From Owenia fusiformis (taxonomy: Eukaryota): DNA of 64,000 nt. The position numbers and the translations under genes are program-made. Location of the stretch: NCBI GenBank assembly GCA_903813345.2, contig CAIIXF020000001.1, forward strand, positions 25,916,001-25,980,000, written 5' to 3'. Each line of letters begins with the position of its first letter. Position 1 is the first letter of the stretch. The notes beneath the pieces were generated by a model. It was not told the DNA's origin and did no database searches. It saw only the letters and a program-made list of their open reading frames with translations. This document shows, piece by piece, positions 1-13,500 of the stretch.

Positions 1-359
1 AAGAGAAATTTGAGCGGATCATTTGGCTGATCAAATCACATTACATAATAAAGATGTATATAGATCCACAGTGGGATAACTCAGAAGAGATTTTGATAAC
101 ATATGATGGATCTGTGAAAGTACTTTAATACCATTATTTGTGAAAATCATGTTTAACAAAGAAAAATGTTGAATCCTAAATATATTGATGGCCTATCTGT
201 CATTGCATGTCTTTTACTTAGACTCCATTTTTAATTTGTGTGTACGATATTCAATGATTTGAGTTAGTTATGCTTTTTTATCATAGGAAATCCTTTTTAA
301 GATAGTCATCCATCATACATGCAAGAAATCTCATAGGAAAACTGGCTTAAAACACTTAC

Positions 360-445
360 TTATTTTTAGCTTCAAGTTGGGCAATCAATTGTCTCTGTGC
401 AGCACTGGCCTCCATTGAGAAACTCAGTTCCTTTGGGCTTCTAGA
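360..445 (-). CDS. Dyb: Dystrobrevin coding exon 12, start of coiled-coil helix 1 (SRSPKELSFSMEASAAQRQLIAQLEAKN)
   Basis: tttcag acceptor (phase 0), gtaagt donor, 86 nt; resembles vertebrate ...DANKQQRQLIAELENKN. Confidence 0.93.
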
Positions 446-2319
446 CTGAAAGTACAAAACAAACGTTTTAGATCATTGAATGATTGAACAAGTTACACTG
501 ATACTAATGTTTATAACTGTTTCTGTTATAGCATATTATTATGGATATTTAGATCAATTTGATATAAGAACAATATAAAGATCAAGTAGTAACGAAAAAA
601 ATGGAAAGGGGGGTAAGTTCAGTGTTTAGCACCAGCCTGCACCAGCATGCGATTAAATGTTTCAAAGATTTCCTGGAAAGTATATATTTTTCATCCCTTT
701 TATTTTCTGTTTATATGTGTTATTCAATACAGTCAGCCATTAGCTGATTTGAACCAAACTAGATTAATAATTCATGTTTTGTCAACATGTATATTTATTA
801 TTCTCCAATGTGATACAGTAAATGGATCTCTTGGTGATGCATCAAATCTTTCACTTACTTTACATCATAGATCAGGACGGATTAATTGAATATTGATGAC
901 CTCTCAATTAATCTTCTTTCATACTTAATGAAATATACAAAATCAATCGAACCTTGGGTTTAATACACCCATGTTTTAATTGTCTTTCCCATATTATATT
1001 CCCATATTATTCTTACTGTTCTAAAATTTCTTTAGTATGAATTAACAATTTATGGATATGTAGGTTAAGATCATTTACTCTTAATGAATAATTCTGAGAC
1101 TAATATGACAAATGCTGACATTGCCTCTTTAATGTATTCGAAAATGTATTTTTTGATGTGAATCACTAGTTTATTAAAAATTGTGATTTATTTAGTCTAT
1201 CAAAAATTGAATGCCTTAAGAAACATGAAATAAAGGACACATGGCACATGTACTCACAAACTCTCATATAATAACACAATTTAAATTTTTTATGTCAAAG
1301 TTACTTACTCGAAAACTAAGAAAACTTTTGAAATGATAAAGACAGGTCAAATAGAGATTATTGATAGATTTAAAATGATATGCATATGGCTAAATACAAA
1401 TTGCAGGTTTTATTTGATGGATTGATGGACTGACACATAACCTATCTCATATGCTCCCAAAAACCATCGAGGACATAATAACGAAAAATAAATTTGATGA
1501 ACCAAACCAAAATATGGAGCTATTTTGATTTTTTCAAGAATCTTAATACAATTGTCAGAGTGACATAAGGTCCCACGAAGCATTGTTTAAAGCAGTTCAT
1601 CATACAGATCAGATCTGGCATGTTTAACCATGCAGCGCTATAGCATCAAACACAGGCTATGATATTGTCTAAAGAACCTGAAAACTTGACACATTATCTC
1701 AATACAAGCTCATTTTCCTGTCATATCCTATCGGCTTTGAACATCTAACATCATGCTTCGGTATTTTTCAAATCCAGCTACCATAGTAACCATTTTGGAT
1801 AAGAGCATTGCATTGATTCATAATACAAATGAATATGAACAGAAGGATCTTGAAACATCAAACATTATTAGACCTCTTAGATGTCAAGCTGCCTCAATAT
1901 TTGTATTTGTGAATTAACAAATATAATTTTCTTTTACTTCAGTATACTTTTATAATCTGAGAATAGAACTCTTAAAGCTATATAGGCAATTGCCAAAGAA
2001 CTGAGTTATTGACTTTAGAGTTCTGAATGGGTCATCAACCAATCTTTCCTCCTTAAAATCTTGTCAATTTCCTCTTATAGAGCAACCTTACAATAGCAAC
2101 AGAATTTATGGGTTGTTATGAGAATTATTCTTTTTCAAAATTACTCACAATTCAATTCCACTGATGGTATTTTGCCATTCTAATATTAAACTTACTGTTT
2201 TTTAATAATCGTTCTGTTTTCTGTATTCTATTCGTCTTTCTGTTTTCTATTTTTCATATTTTATAGAGATGTCCATTCATAGGAAAGAACCACAATTCAT
2301 AAATGATCAATATATAAAT

Positions 2320-2795
2320 AAAAAGACAACCCATATTTCATAGAAAGGACCCATTATTTCACAGAGAAGACTGATATATAAAAGAGACAACCCATATTTC
2401 ATAGTGATGACCCATGTATAACAGAGAAGGCCCATATTTCATAGGAATGACCTCTATTCTATTGAGTAGACCCATATCTCATAGAAAAGTCAATAGTTCA
2501 CAGAGATGACCAATATATAAGAGGCAACCCATATTTCATAGAGAGAACCCATATTTCAAAAAGATGAGCTATTTATAACAGAGAGGGCCCATATTTCAAA
2601 GAGGGGACCCATAACTGATAGAAAAGCCAATATTACATGACTGATATATAAAAGAGCAACCCATATTTCATAAAGAGGACCCATATTTCACAGGGATGGC
2701 TTATTATATATTACTGAGAAGACCTCTATTTCATAGAAATGACCCTATTCTACAGAGGACCCAACTCATAAAGGAGCCAATATTTCACAGTTTAC
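2320..2795. repeat. Degenerate ~21-22 bp minisatellite (acccatatttcatagagagg-like)
   Basis: Recurring cccatatttca motif. Confidence 0.8.
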
Positions 2796-3156
2796 TAATA
2801 AAGAAGCAGCACCTAATTTGTATTGTTTGATATGTCTCATAATGAAGCCTGGCACAATTTTGTCAGCTTATATTTTATCATGCCATATTTGGATTAATCC
2901 AAGGATTTACTGCTTACGAACAGGCTCTACAAGTAATAAAGAAGGCGGATCAATCAAATAAATGTCCAAATTGCACTCATATGTGTTTTTTCATACTCAC
3001 ACAATTGGAAGTAACTAAACTCCCTAAGGAAGCTTGAATCACTTTAACAGTGTTTCTAGAGGTGCAAACATATTCAGCTTTAAAGAGGATCATGGGGTAT
3101 AAATAGGGGCAGACTAATGGAACAGCCAAAATAACTGGATTTTTGGTATTTGCACA

Positions 3157-3232
3157 AATGAATAAACACAAGGAGCACACGCGTCTCAAACTCCCAACCT
3201 CGTGGTTACGGCGCCCAATCGCCTAGCCTGAA
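3157..3232 (-). mobile_element. Interspersed repeat fragment (same family as 61412-61508)
   Basis: Its reverse complement matches 61439-61508; both ORF translations contain RRVCSLCLFI. Confidence 0.7.
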
Positions 3233-6109
3233 CATCCCTGCGCGCAATTTTCTCAATTTCTGTATTCTGTACTTTAACTAGCTCTTAGTTTAAATAAATA
3301 AGAAATATGTATTAGATCATGAATAAACAGTTCCCACCATATTGGCCATAGGATTTAGTTGAAAATGTATCCAATTGTGAGCTTTTAGGGTGTACTACAG
3401 TCTATATATGCTTTTAAAGCTGAATATACAAGCAAACTCTTGCTTTCCCATTTGTGAGTTAGAACAATAACTTACTTATGGTATTTAGAATTTACAACAG
3501 AAAAAATTATCAAATTGTTACAAATAAATGAATGATATAAAGCGTTATTCCTTGTTCTTAAACCTATATCAACAGAAGAAATAATGAGATAGATGACCAT
3601 AAACTCAGTCGTGCCTAAAAATGATAACTTGACAAATGAAAACTAAGATTATGATAGATGAAGTGGCAATGAGATATATTACACTGCAGTTTAAGACTAA
3701 GACTGCAAACGTAGACTGCATATAATGCCTTAAATCAAATCCCATAGTGAAGGAATCTGCAATGATATATGACATATGGTACTTATTGTAGTCTGCTGCC
3801 GATTTTCAGGCATCTGTCAAATAAATAATTGAAATAAAAATATATATGTACATGGAAAATTTTGGTTGAATGTCATAATTTCATCTTGCATGATTACATC
3901 AATCTAAGGCAAAATTTCAAAGGGCAAAAAAAAATAAAAAAAGGGTAACATTGATGCAAGACTTATTGCAATTGTGTACATCTTTTTTGTATACTTTTGC
4001 TAAAAAGAACCTTTTATTCCATTAACTTAACAATTAGGAAAATATTTTAAGTAATCCTCCTGACATTAATCTAAATGTATCTTCTTATAATAAATTCACT
4101 CTCAATATTCAATGTAGTAATACAAAATTCTCCCGCACCATTAAGGCACATCTGTCAAAATAAACTAATATCTCCTACACAATGTATCCTCAAAATGTTA
4201 ATGAAACCTCCCATGAGATCTCCCCTCAGAAAAAAATAATCTTTCTTAATGTGTTTTTTTACATGGAGATTTTCAATTTGTGTGTAAATGGAAAATTCTT
4301 CAATTTTACAATCGCCGTATCTTGCACAAATTCAATTGATTTATTGGCGGAAACATTTCTTTCCACCTTTTTGTACTGATGACTAAGATCAATGACAGGA
4401 AACTGTTTAATGCCTGGTCACTGAATGGAAACAAAATTAAATGTATCAGAAGCTCTTCATTTAGTTGACAAGTAAATAACAGCAATGAACCAGACTTAGT
4501 ACGATCCTGAAGAATACTCCATGATCATTATACAACGATAATAGTAATGTAAAATAATGTCATCTTCTCCAAACGCCAATACAAACAATGAATGGTTTGC
4601 TTCATATTATTATTTCAAGAAAATCACAAAATAGGAATTCAATATGAAAACATGTAAAGTACTGGACAATCAATACGAAAGGATCCTTGAATAAATTGTC
4701 AACACAATTGATATACAAGTCATGTAACACAGCAATATTATTTACATACAGGATATATGCATAAAGCTCTCCAAAATCTCTGGTTGAGACTTGAATGAAT
4801 AATCAAGTACTTTTCGAAAATCGTGGGTGGAGCATGACCTAAAATGCTGCTCATGTCTCATGATTTTTATTGTGTATCTTATTACAATCACTCTAAATTG
4901 CTCCATACCATGCAAGCAACCATATTTCATACAATGTAATTCTCATAATGGCCTTCATGTTTTCACTTCTCCTCTATGATGTAACAGTGATTGATCTTCT
5001 AATGTAGGTTTTTTCGTAAAAATATAAAAATATTAAAATAATTTTTAGTGTGGTAATTTACTGATCAAATTCAATGTCTGGGTCCTCAGAACATTGTATA
5101 GATTAAAATAAATATGTCAATATATATATAGGTTATTTACTAAGAGGGATTGAATATGGGTTTTATTCCAAGGGACAATATCATATCATATTGCCCAAGG
5201 TCAATATATTTCATATTTCCCTGAAACAGTAGCATTATGGAATCAAGTTTGAAATTCTCAAAATTATGTCATATGCAGAGGATAACATGAAACATAATGT
5301 TTCTGAATCTGCTGACCTTGTAGCCAACACCCACACATCTAATTACGAACAGGAAACACTTCACCATAACAAGCCCACATTTCCTATAGATATTTGGCAC
5401 AACATAGCTGAACAAAGAAACAGCCACAATTAATTGCAAAACTGAGTCTTATACAGAATTCATTGTATTATATTAGATCTTGATCTTTGTCTTCCTCCTT
5501 GAAATATTTCACCATTGGAAAAACATGTTCCTGTTGAGAAGTAAATAGGTTAAAGATACAGTATGCTATATAGGTTTCTCTCCTGGACAATCAAAGATGT
5601 CCCATTATTAGTAATATAATATCTTACATATCTTACCAATATAATTGAGAAAATCACCGAATAACCAACTGTCAGAACACAATTGAGTTTATTTGCGGCG
5701 ATCGAGGGAAAATGTGATCAAGATACAAGAACACGACCATCTGCAAACTGGGCATGTGCCTTAAGCCAGGCCGCCAATCAGATTCAAAGCCAGTTTTTAA
5801 TTTCTTTAAGAATTTCCTATTTATGGAGCTCTTTTGGTCACATGAACATACGAAAACAATTAGACCAGTCAGCTGTGATTGGGGCTTCTTCATTGGTAAG
5901 TAGATAGTATAGGTGAATATGTGGTATGGCTCAACATGCAAAAAAAGTCCAGTTTATTTTTGAATTTGCTTTCCTATGGCAATTGGCAACACCCCTCTTT
6001 AATGAATGCATCAAATATGTATGATACCAAGTGACAGAACAATGAGAGCATTATACTAGATATCTATATTAAGAGCACCATACTGATTGAATGTATGACA
6101 GCATCTTAC

Positions 6110-6322
6110 CATGAAGAGCATTGTACTGAGTAACTGTACATATGGAGAGCTTTGTTTTTGACATGAGTGCACTGACCCTCCTGCTGACTGTCTTAGAAGT
6201 AGCACAATAACAAGAGCTACAAGAGCTATTACCTTAATATGATCAATATCATTTGAGAAACAGATTTGAGGGCTAAGGCCAGGAATAATTAATGAGAAAT
6301 ATTCCCATATGAGATATAACAT
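6110..6322 (-). CDS. Candidate short alternative first exon (minimal coding MLFM at 6121-6110, or a 71-aa version with a hydrophobic segment)
   Basis: Strong donor ATG|gtaaga at 6110/6109, in phase 0 with exon 445-360; ORF track 6056..6328. Confidence 0.35.
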
Positions 6323-6876
6323 ATACACCTCATTCTGATAATCATAGCAATTTTAACACGACAGTTGAATTTAACCCATGAAACATGAAAAGCTCTGTAT
6401 TTTTCAGAACATCGATGTTGAATTTGACTTTATCATAGAGGCAATCTAAAAAAGATGGGATTAAATAATCCGAAGTCACTGTGACAACTCTGTACCCATT
6501 TACTCAGATAATATTAATTATTAATTGAAATGTCAATAGAAACGCATTACTTTTTTCCTAATATTAATAGCATAATTGACAATTACTTAATGCCATCCAT
6601 ACTCATCAATTAACCATGTATCTTTCCAAACATCAAATGAAAGACAAAACAATACAAGATAATATAAAATGACTGACACAATGCATTTTATTAATGCAAA
6701 TTCATATTTTATTTTGAAAAGGGACCTAATGTAGCTAGTCTATTTGCACGATATTATGAAATAATGAATTAAAAATTTAGATTGTTGTCTCATTTAATTC
6801 TAATTTCATTAGAGCAACTGATGAGTCAAGCAAGTTTATTATTTGCAATTCAACTATTTCATCCTCTTCACAAAAC

Positions 6877-7152
6877 AGAGCTTACTTCAGATTGGGGATG
6901 TCACATTTTTAATGCTTTGTTCATAATACAAAGCTCTATATAAAAATAGAGTTTACTTCAGATTGGGGATGTCACATTTTTAATGCTTTGTTCATAATGC
7001 AAAGCTCTATATAAAAATAGAGTTTACTTCAGATTGGGGATGTCACATTTTTAATGCTTTGTTCATAATGCAAAGCTCTATATAAACAAAATAGAGTTTA
7101 CTTCAGACTGGGGATGCCACATTTGCAATGCTATATAATGTAAAGCTCTATG
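6877..7152. repeat. 71-bp tandem repeat, ~4 copies
   Basis: agagtttacttcagattggggatgtcacattttt... recurs at about 6877, 6948, 7019 and 7093. Confidence 0.9.
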
Positions 7153-7165
7153 TATACCTCTTCAA

Positions 7166-7349
7166 AATAGAGAGGTTTCATCGAACACTGTTTTTAACCC
7201 AACGTATCCAAAATCTGTAATGCATTCACCAGATTTATGCATTGTAGTTCAATTAAAATGAGATATGGTTACAAATGTTGTAGTTCAATTAAAATGAGAT
7301 ATGGTTACAAATGTTTTAGCTATAACCCATCATGTGAAACCTCTCTATT
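7166..7349 (-). mobile_element. Internally deleted MITE, inverted relative to 7727-8306
   Basis: AATAGAGAGGTTT...AAACCTCTCTATT termini; its subterminal sequences are reverse complements of those of the longer copy. Confidence 0.8.
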
Positions 7350-7726
7350 AATAGTCCATCCTTTCTAAATGGAACAGTACCTTTACTAAGTGATATTATT
7401 TGGGATGCTATTTCCTTATGAAGACAATTAGGCATGCTCAACTGCTTTATATAGGAGAATTGATTGGTTACTGACACTATAGTCTTTGAATATAAGAACC
7501 TATAACTTCAAATGGACATTTATTAATCAGGTAATACAATACCCTTTAATTAGCTATTCTTGAGTTATCGCGCAAGGCTATAAGACTACATCAAGGCACC
7601 ATTAATACATAATACATTCCTTAATTAAAATAGAAATAAAAGTTTGATAAAAAATAATGTGATGTCCAAGGTTCTTTTACAATTCCAGCAAAATGAATGT
7701 TCTTCTATAATTATCTTCCTCAGAAT

Positions 7727-8306
7727 AATAGAGAGGTTTTGCACAACAGGTTATAGCTAAAACGTATCCGCAATCACATCTTGTTTTAATATCCTTGATG
7801 CGAGTAGAAATAATCCTGATTTACATCATTAAAAATTCACAATTCAATCATATTTGGAATCTACATGTAAAATAATAAAATCACATCTAGATATGTGGTT
7901 TTGAAAAGAGTTTATCAACTTTGAAAATTTAATTTTCTTTGAAAATGTGACTTCTAGGTCGGGGAGATTCCCCATAGACCCAATGTTGAAAATCCACAAA
8001 AAGTGAAATATCTTTTCTTGTGTTGGGCAGATAATATTTGCTTTTACTGGACCTGTTTTAATTTGTATGTCTATCACATACATAAGGGTAATATGAAAAG
8101 TGAACCACTAAAACTGATGAATATTCAGGTTTAAGGGAATTTTGTAATACCCTGCCATGTTATTTCCCCCAAATCAGCCACCTGGTGGCGAAACTGGTAA
8201 CTACCTACTCGCATCTGAGTAATTGAACTGCTACGCATAAATCTGGTGAATGCATTATGGATTTTAGATAGGTTGACCTAAAAACATTATGCGAAACCTC
8301 TCTATT
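7727..8306 (+). mobile_element. Non-autonomous TIR element (MITE), superfamily unassigned
   Basis: Terminal inverted repeats AATAGAGAGGTTT / AAACCTCTCTATT. Confidence 0.8.
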
Positions 8307-9254
8307 CACTCAAATTATCTATTGGAATCAATCTTGAATATCACTAATTTCTAGAAATAGTGAAATCAGGGATACGTTACTTTATATTGTTTCTGATTTC
8401 TATTAATTTCAGTCAATGTATCAATCCCCATAATACTATATCCGGTAGGCCTACACAGTATTAAAAAATATTGACTCAATATTTGTTCTAGAAATTGTTC
8501 AGACAAAAGAAGCCCCCTCTTGTTTTCCCAAGGGCAAGTCTACTTCGTTAGCTAATTAATATTTTATATACAATTGCTAATGTAAAGAAACATTTCTTCT
8601 ATTCGTTAACTTAACACTAACAATATGATAGAATTAATCGAAAAATCTCAGACAATTTGCTCTTACAAATATACCTCGGTGAAATTATTAATGAAGAATA
8701 GCTCAAGCAAAATAAAGAAATAAATCAAAACTTTTATGAAACAATGCTAATTTATCAAATAACATCAGGCAGAAACCATACTGAAAATGTACATACATGT
8801 ACTAAAATGGTAAAACAGCTATAATCATTGGTATAATCCATTTGTCTTGAGAAAAGGAACAAAGATATATTTCTACTAACTTCGGAAGAAAGATAATATC
8901 TTTATTAGAAACTAATAGAAAAACTTCAATGTATGAGTAATCCCGCTATCTCCCTTTACCAGTGAAATCCACAAGTGAATATTGGTATTTTCCAATTATC
9001 AAATCTTAATATATTTTTCTCTGTCAAAGAATTACTTACAATATCAGAAAAAGTCAGGATAGATATTGCCAATATCACAGCAAATCTTTCTGTTTATTTA
9101 TTTGATCTATTAGTCCTGGACTGCAATCTACTTTATTCCTTTAAATAGGACATAAGCCCCTGAGGGAATGACTGACCTTCAACATATGAACTGAATACTA
9201 ATGTTAAAATGTTAGTCGACAAAACACATATGGTTCACAATCTGTATGATTCAC

Positions 9255-9655
9255 AGCAAAGATGACATAACCAGTCATCTGAAAACAGCAAAGATGACAT
9301 AATCAATTGTACGAAAGCAGCAAAGATGACATGAGCAACTGTTTCATAATAGCAAAGATGACATAACCAATGAATTGTCTGAAAACAACAATGATGACAT
9401 AACCAATTGTCCAGAAAACAGCAAAGATGACATTACCAATTGTCCAGAGAACAGCAAAGATGACATACCCATTTGTCTGAAAGCAGCAAAGATGACATGC
9501 CAATTGTTTGATAATAGCAAAGATGACATTACCAATGAATTGTCTGAAAACAACAATGATGACATAACCAATTGTCCAGAAAACAACAAAGATGACATTA
9601 CCAATTGTCCAGAAAACAACAAGGATGACATAACCATTTGTCCGGAAACAGCAAA
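9255..9655. repeat. 33-bp minisatellite (gaaaacagcaaagatgacataaccaattgtcca)
   Basis: About 11-12 units; accounts for the periodic ORFs on both strands. Confidence 0.9.
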
Positions 9656-10576
9656 GTTGAAAAATAAAACCCATACAAATATCCATCTCAAGGGAGTAGT
9701 AAACATAAACACATTAGCAACAAAACTACCTTATTTATGGCTACATAGTGAAAATAAAGCACATAATGGGTGGCAATGACATTATAGCCAAAAGTTTATA
9801 TCTGCTTTATTAGCTTGCACCATGTTAAAAGTGAAAATTGTTATGGCTTTACAATAACGCACAAAGCTAACACAGAATATGCACTCCATTAGGGACGGCA
9901 TTTAACACATAAAACCAAAGTACCCAATAAAGATGACACGATTTACAGGATTCAATTCGACGAAATGTTCCTGCTTGATTTGCTGTTCAGTTCCGCTGAA
10001 ACTAATCTAATTGCAATCACTGCTGCACTATATACATCGAATCAGTGAGATTTCCAAAATTGCATCTCCATGGCAATGAATATAAAATAACTTCTAGGTA
10101 CAATTAATCTAGTCATCATTTATTACATCTTTAAGTTGGTCAAGCTATGACGTATGAATACCCACGGGGAATAGCCACACCTAGTACCCACAACCATTCG
10201 TCCCTATTCAACAAAGTGAAAAGACATAAATATGGAGGGCAAATTCTTCTGAAAATATATCAGAAAATATATAAATCATCCATCAGAATAATGCGAACCT
10301 ACAAAAATGACAATGCAATTCGTAACCCAGCCTCTTTCGCTTAAATCCATATTTCACTTGAGTTGTACACTAGCACACCAAAAAAATAACCCAAATAATT
10401 AAAAGAGCCAAGGCATATGTTGCACCATTGATCAATGCACCTCTGCTCCAATGATCTTAATTTTTCCTTGAAAAAGCCATGAATTATAACACAAAATGAC
10501 ATAATTTGGAAGTCTAACTATTATTTATCGAATGTGAGAAAAGAATTAGATTATTGAATCATTTCAATTACATTTG

Positions 10577-13500
10577 TCACGATATTATGAAAATTGATTG
10601 TCTTACTTTTGAGATGAGTTTAGTTTGTCGCTTTACACGAGCTCTCAGAGGCATCCAATCCGCCTGTTGCAGCTTAAAGAACCATTCACTCAATTGACCA
10701 ATGACACGATTTTGGCTGGACGATTTTTGCGTAACAACACCAGTTGAACAGAACGTTAATCTATTATCTTCTTGATGTGAGTGTTCACCTGGGATCGGTT
10801 GCATGGCAACAGTTGTATCTTTCCCATTAAGTAGACTAGTACAGTTAGAGTGAGTTAAAGTAGATGGGTTTGGGTAAGTATTGTCAGTATAAGTTGAGGT
10901 CGATTTGATGGGGAAAGTACATGTCCTGAGAGTATCATTGATCGTGCTTGCTGGCTCAGGCCTATTGGATTTCAATCTCATAATAGGCTGTGTAGACACA
11001 ACATTATCTAATCCATGTCCATTGATCCCAGACCCAGAGTAAACGTGCTTATAAGAACAATGGGATCTATCCCCAGAAATGCTTTGTGTGCTCAGTGTCA
11101 TATTACCGTCACTTGATTGGGAATTGATTTCACTATTTTTTGGGATTGTTTTGTTGTTAGGGATATTCAAACTGACCCCTCTAGGGATTGGAAAGTCAGA
11201 TTTATGGTTCGGGTTAATCTGATGATTTTTATCAGTAAGATCACCAGTCAGCACTGATTGGTAGAGAGTGTCATGTTGTGGGGAGATTGATCGACTGTTT
11301 CTACCTGGTTCGTCACCTACATATGGCATTGATTTACTAACATTATATTGTTTTCTCACGCAATCAATAGGCAAGCCTCTCTCCTTAAGAAGCTCTATAT
11401 CTTCACTTAAACAAGATGGCATTAAGTCTATTTCATTGTGAATATCTTCTTTTGTTTCTGCGAGGATCTTACACTCAAGTGGATTTCTCATATCCTTGTC
11501 TATATTCCGGTTCAGACTACAATTTATTGTAACGGCTTTCCTATTTGCCTTAGCATGACATTTAGACGATAATGCTTTGTCTTTTGTGAGACTTTCTAGA
11601 GCCTTGAAGATCTCCCGGGATACAGCCTCATCACTAGGGGAGGATGGTGACACAGTTGGCTGCCCTTGTGGTCCAGCATGACATTCTTCATAGTTATCTG
11701 ATGTATGATTCTGCCTAGCATTAACTAATATAGGCTGGATTATGGCTGGGTGATTTATTGGGAGTTGGGTATCCACTAAGGTAATCAGACTTGAAGTTTG
11801 ACTGTCATCATTCATAATTGTATTAACTAAATAGGTATCATTCCAGTCAGATGAACTTATGTCACTATCTGTTTTAGAACCTTGATTTGGTCTTTTCAAT
11901 CGAGCATTCACCTCATTAGCAAGTAAATGTTGTTTTGATAAATCATGTGGGGCAATGGAAGTATTTGCAGCTGAGTTATCATTGTTACCTGATAGTCCAA
12001 CTGGTTGACATATGCTTATACTGTGCTCCCAGTCCTCAGCAAAGCCAATATCAATATTTTTCAGAAATTCTGAATTGATTGAGAAACCCTTTTGATGGGA
12101 AATGTTTTTTAATTTGTCTTCCTGTGGTTTTTTATGAGTTTGCTGTTCAATGTTATTACAAGCACTGGGATATTTTGTTCCTTTAGGAAGTTTGTCTTTT
12201 TCTTTCTTTTCTCTGGTAGAATCAATGGATTGTAAGCTTTCTTTACTTGTAAGGTCACCATAGCTATAAAGTGTACCACTGCTGTTGTCTTGCACACGAG
12301 ATACATGCGCCAAAGTACTTTGAGAACCAAATGGATTAACACTCTTACTTATGCTACAGTTGCTATCTACTAATGTATCAGAACTATCATCATTATTTGA
12401 CATAGTTTGTGTACTGTCTGAATCACGTCTGATAAAATGGGGACTACTTTCTACTATTCCAGATTTACATGAATACTGGACACAACTAACATAGGACGGG
12501 TTTATAATTGTACAATTCTGTTCATTAATCTGTTTAGCATCATGGATACATGGTTTTACATTTTTGAGACCACTACCAGATGTGTACCTCTCCCATATAC
12601 TTTGATATTCCTTACATCTACATGTTACATCTTGTGCTAGTATATCCTCAGCAGTAACTTCAAATATAGCACTGTCCAGTTTGTTCAACCGTTTATACTT
12701 TCCATGGCGCATTGTCACAACGTCCTCAGTATTCTTACCACCTGTGTCTGAGGTTTGTTTTGTTGTACATGTAGTCTTATCATCACTGAGAGGACTAACA
12801 CTGGTTTGTGAAACATCTGTCATGTGGCCACTATCAAAGCTATTACACACCTCAAGTTGGACAATTGGCTTTAGGGTATCACACATGGTTTTGGAGGTTT
12901 TCTCTTTCTGATCATTATTATCAAACCCATGGTCTATATCTGAATCACTGAGATTTTCATTAGAATTAAACCTCACCTTCTGTTCTTTTGACTCAATACA
13001 AGTTTGTTTTAAGCTGTTTTGAATTAATCTACTACTTTCATTATCATTTTTTATTTTTTCATTGTCATTAACAAATGTTGGTTGTTCATTTTTATTGATG
13101 CTTTCAATGTTTTGAGTTTCACCATTATTTGGACCTACAGTGTTTGTTCTTCTACTATGATTTTCGATTTCATTGATCAAAGCTGATTGTTCATTTTTAT
13201 TGGTCCCAGTGGTATTTGGCTCTATACTGCTATTTATGGAAGACATAGTATTACTGACCATACGATAAGCCTTTCTGTCGAAGCTGTCTAGGCAGCTGTT
13301 ACTATGGCAACAGTCCCCTAATTTCCTTGCGTTGCTGTCACCAAGACATAAATCACTGTCCTGATTGTTATTCATCTCACCATCCGAAAGTCTCAACACT
13401 TTTTGCATACCCATCTGCCTTCCTGCATCAGAATTTGATTTCCATTTCATTACATCTCTTTTTGATACTGACTTCTCTACAACTTCAGCAACAATTTGTT

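Noticed and set aside
853-900. gtaagt donor near the coiled-coil exon as another first exon
   Set aside because: The phase-0 frame has a stop immediately upstream, and the nearby ATG ATG is followed by TAA.
5631-5720. gtaaga donor at 5637 as a further alternative exon
   Set aside because: The phase-0 frame has no ATG between the upstream stop and the donor.
9303-9779. Overlapping 122-134 aa ORFs on both strands
   Set aside because: By-products of a 33-bp (multiple-of-3) minisatellite; no splice-site or domain support.
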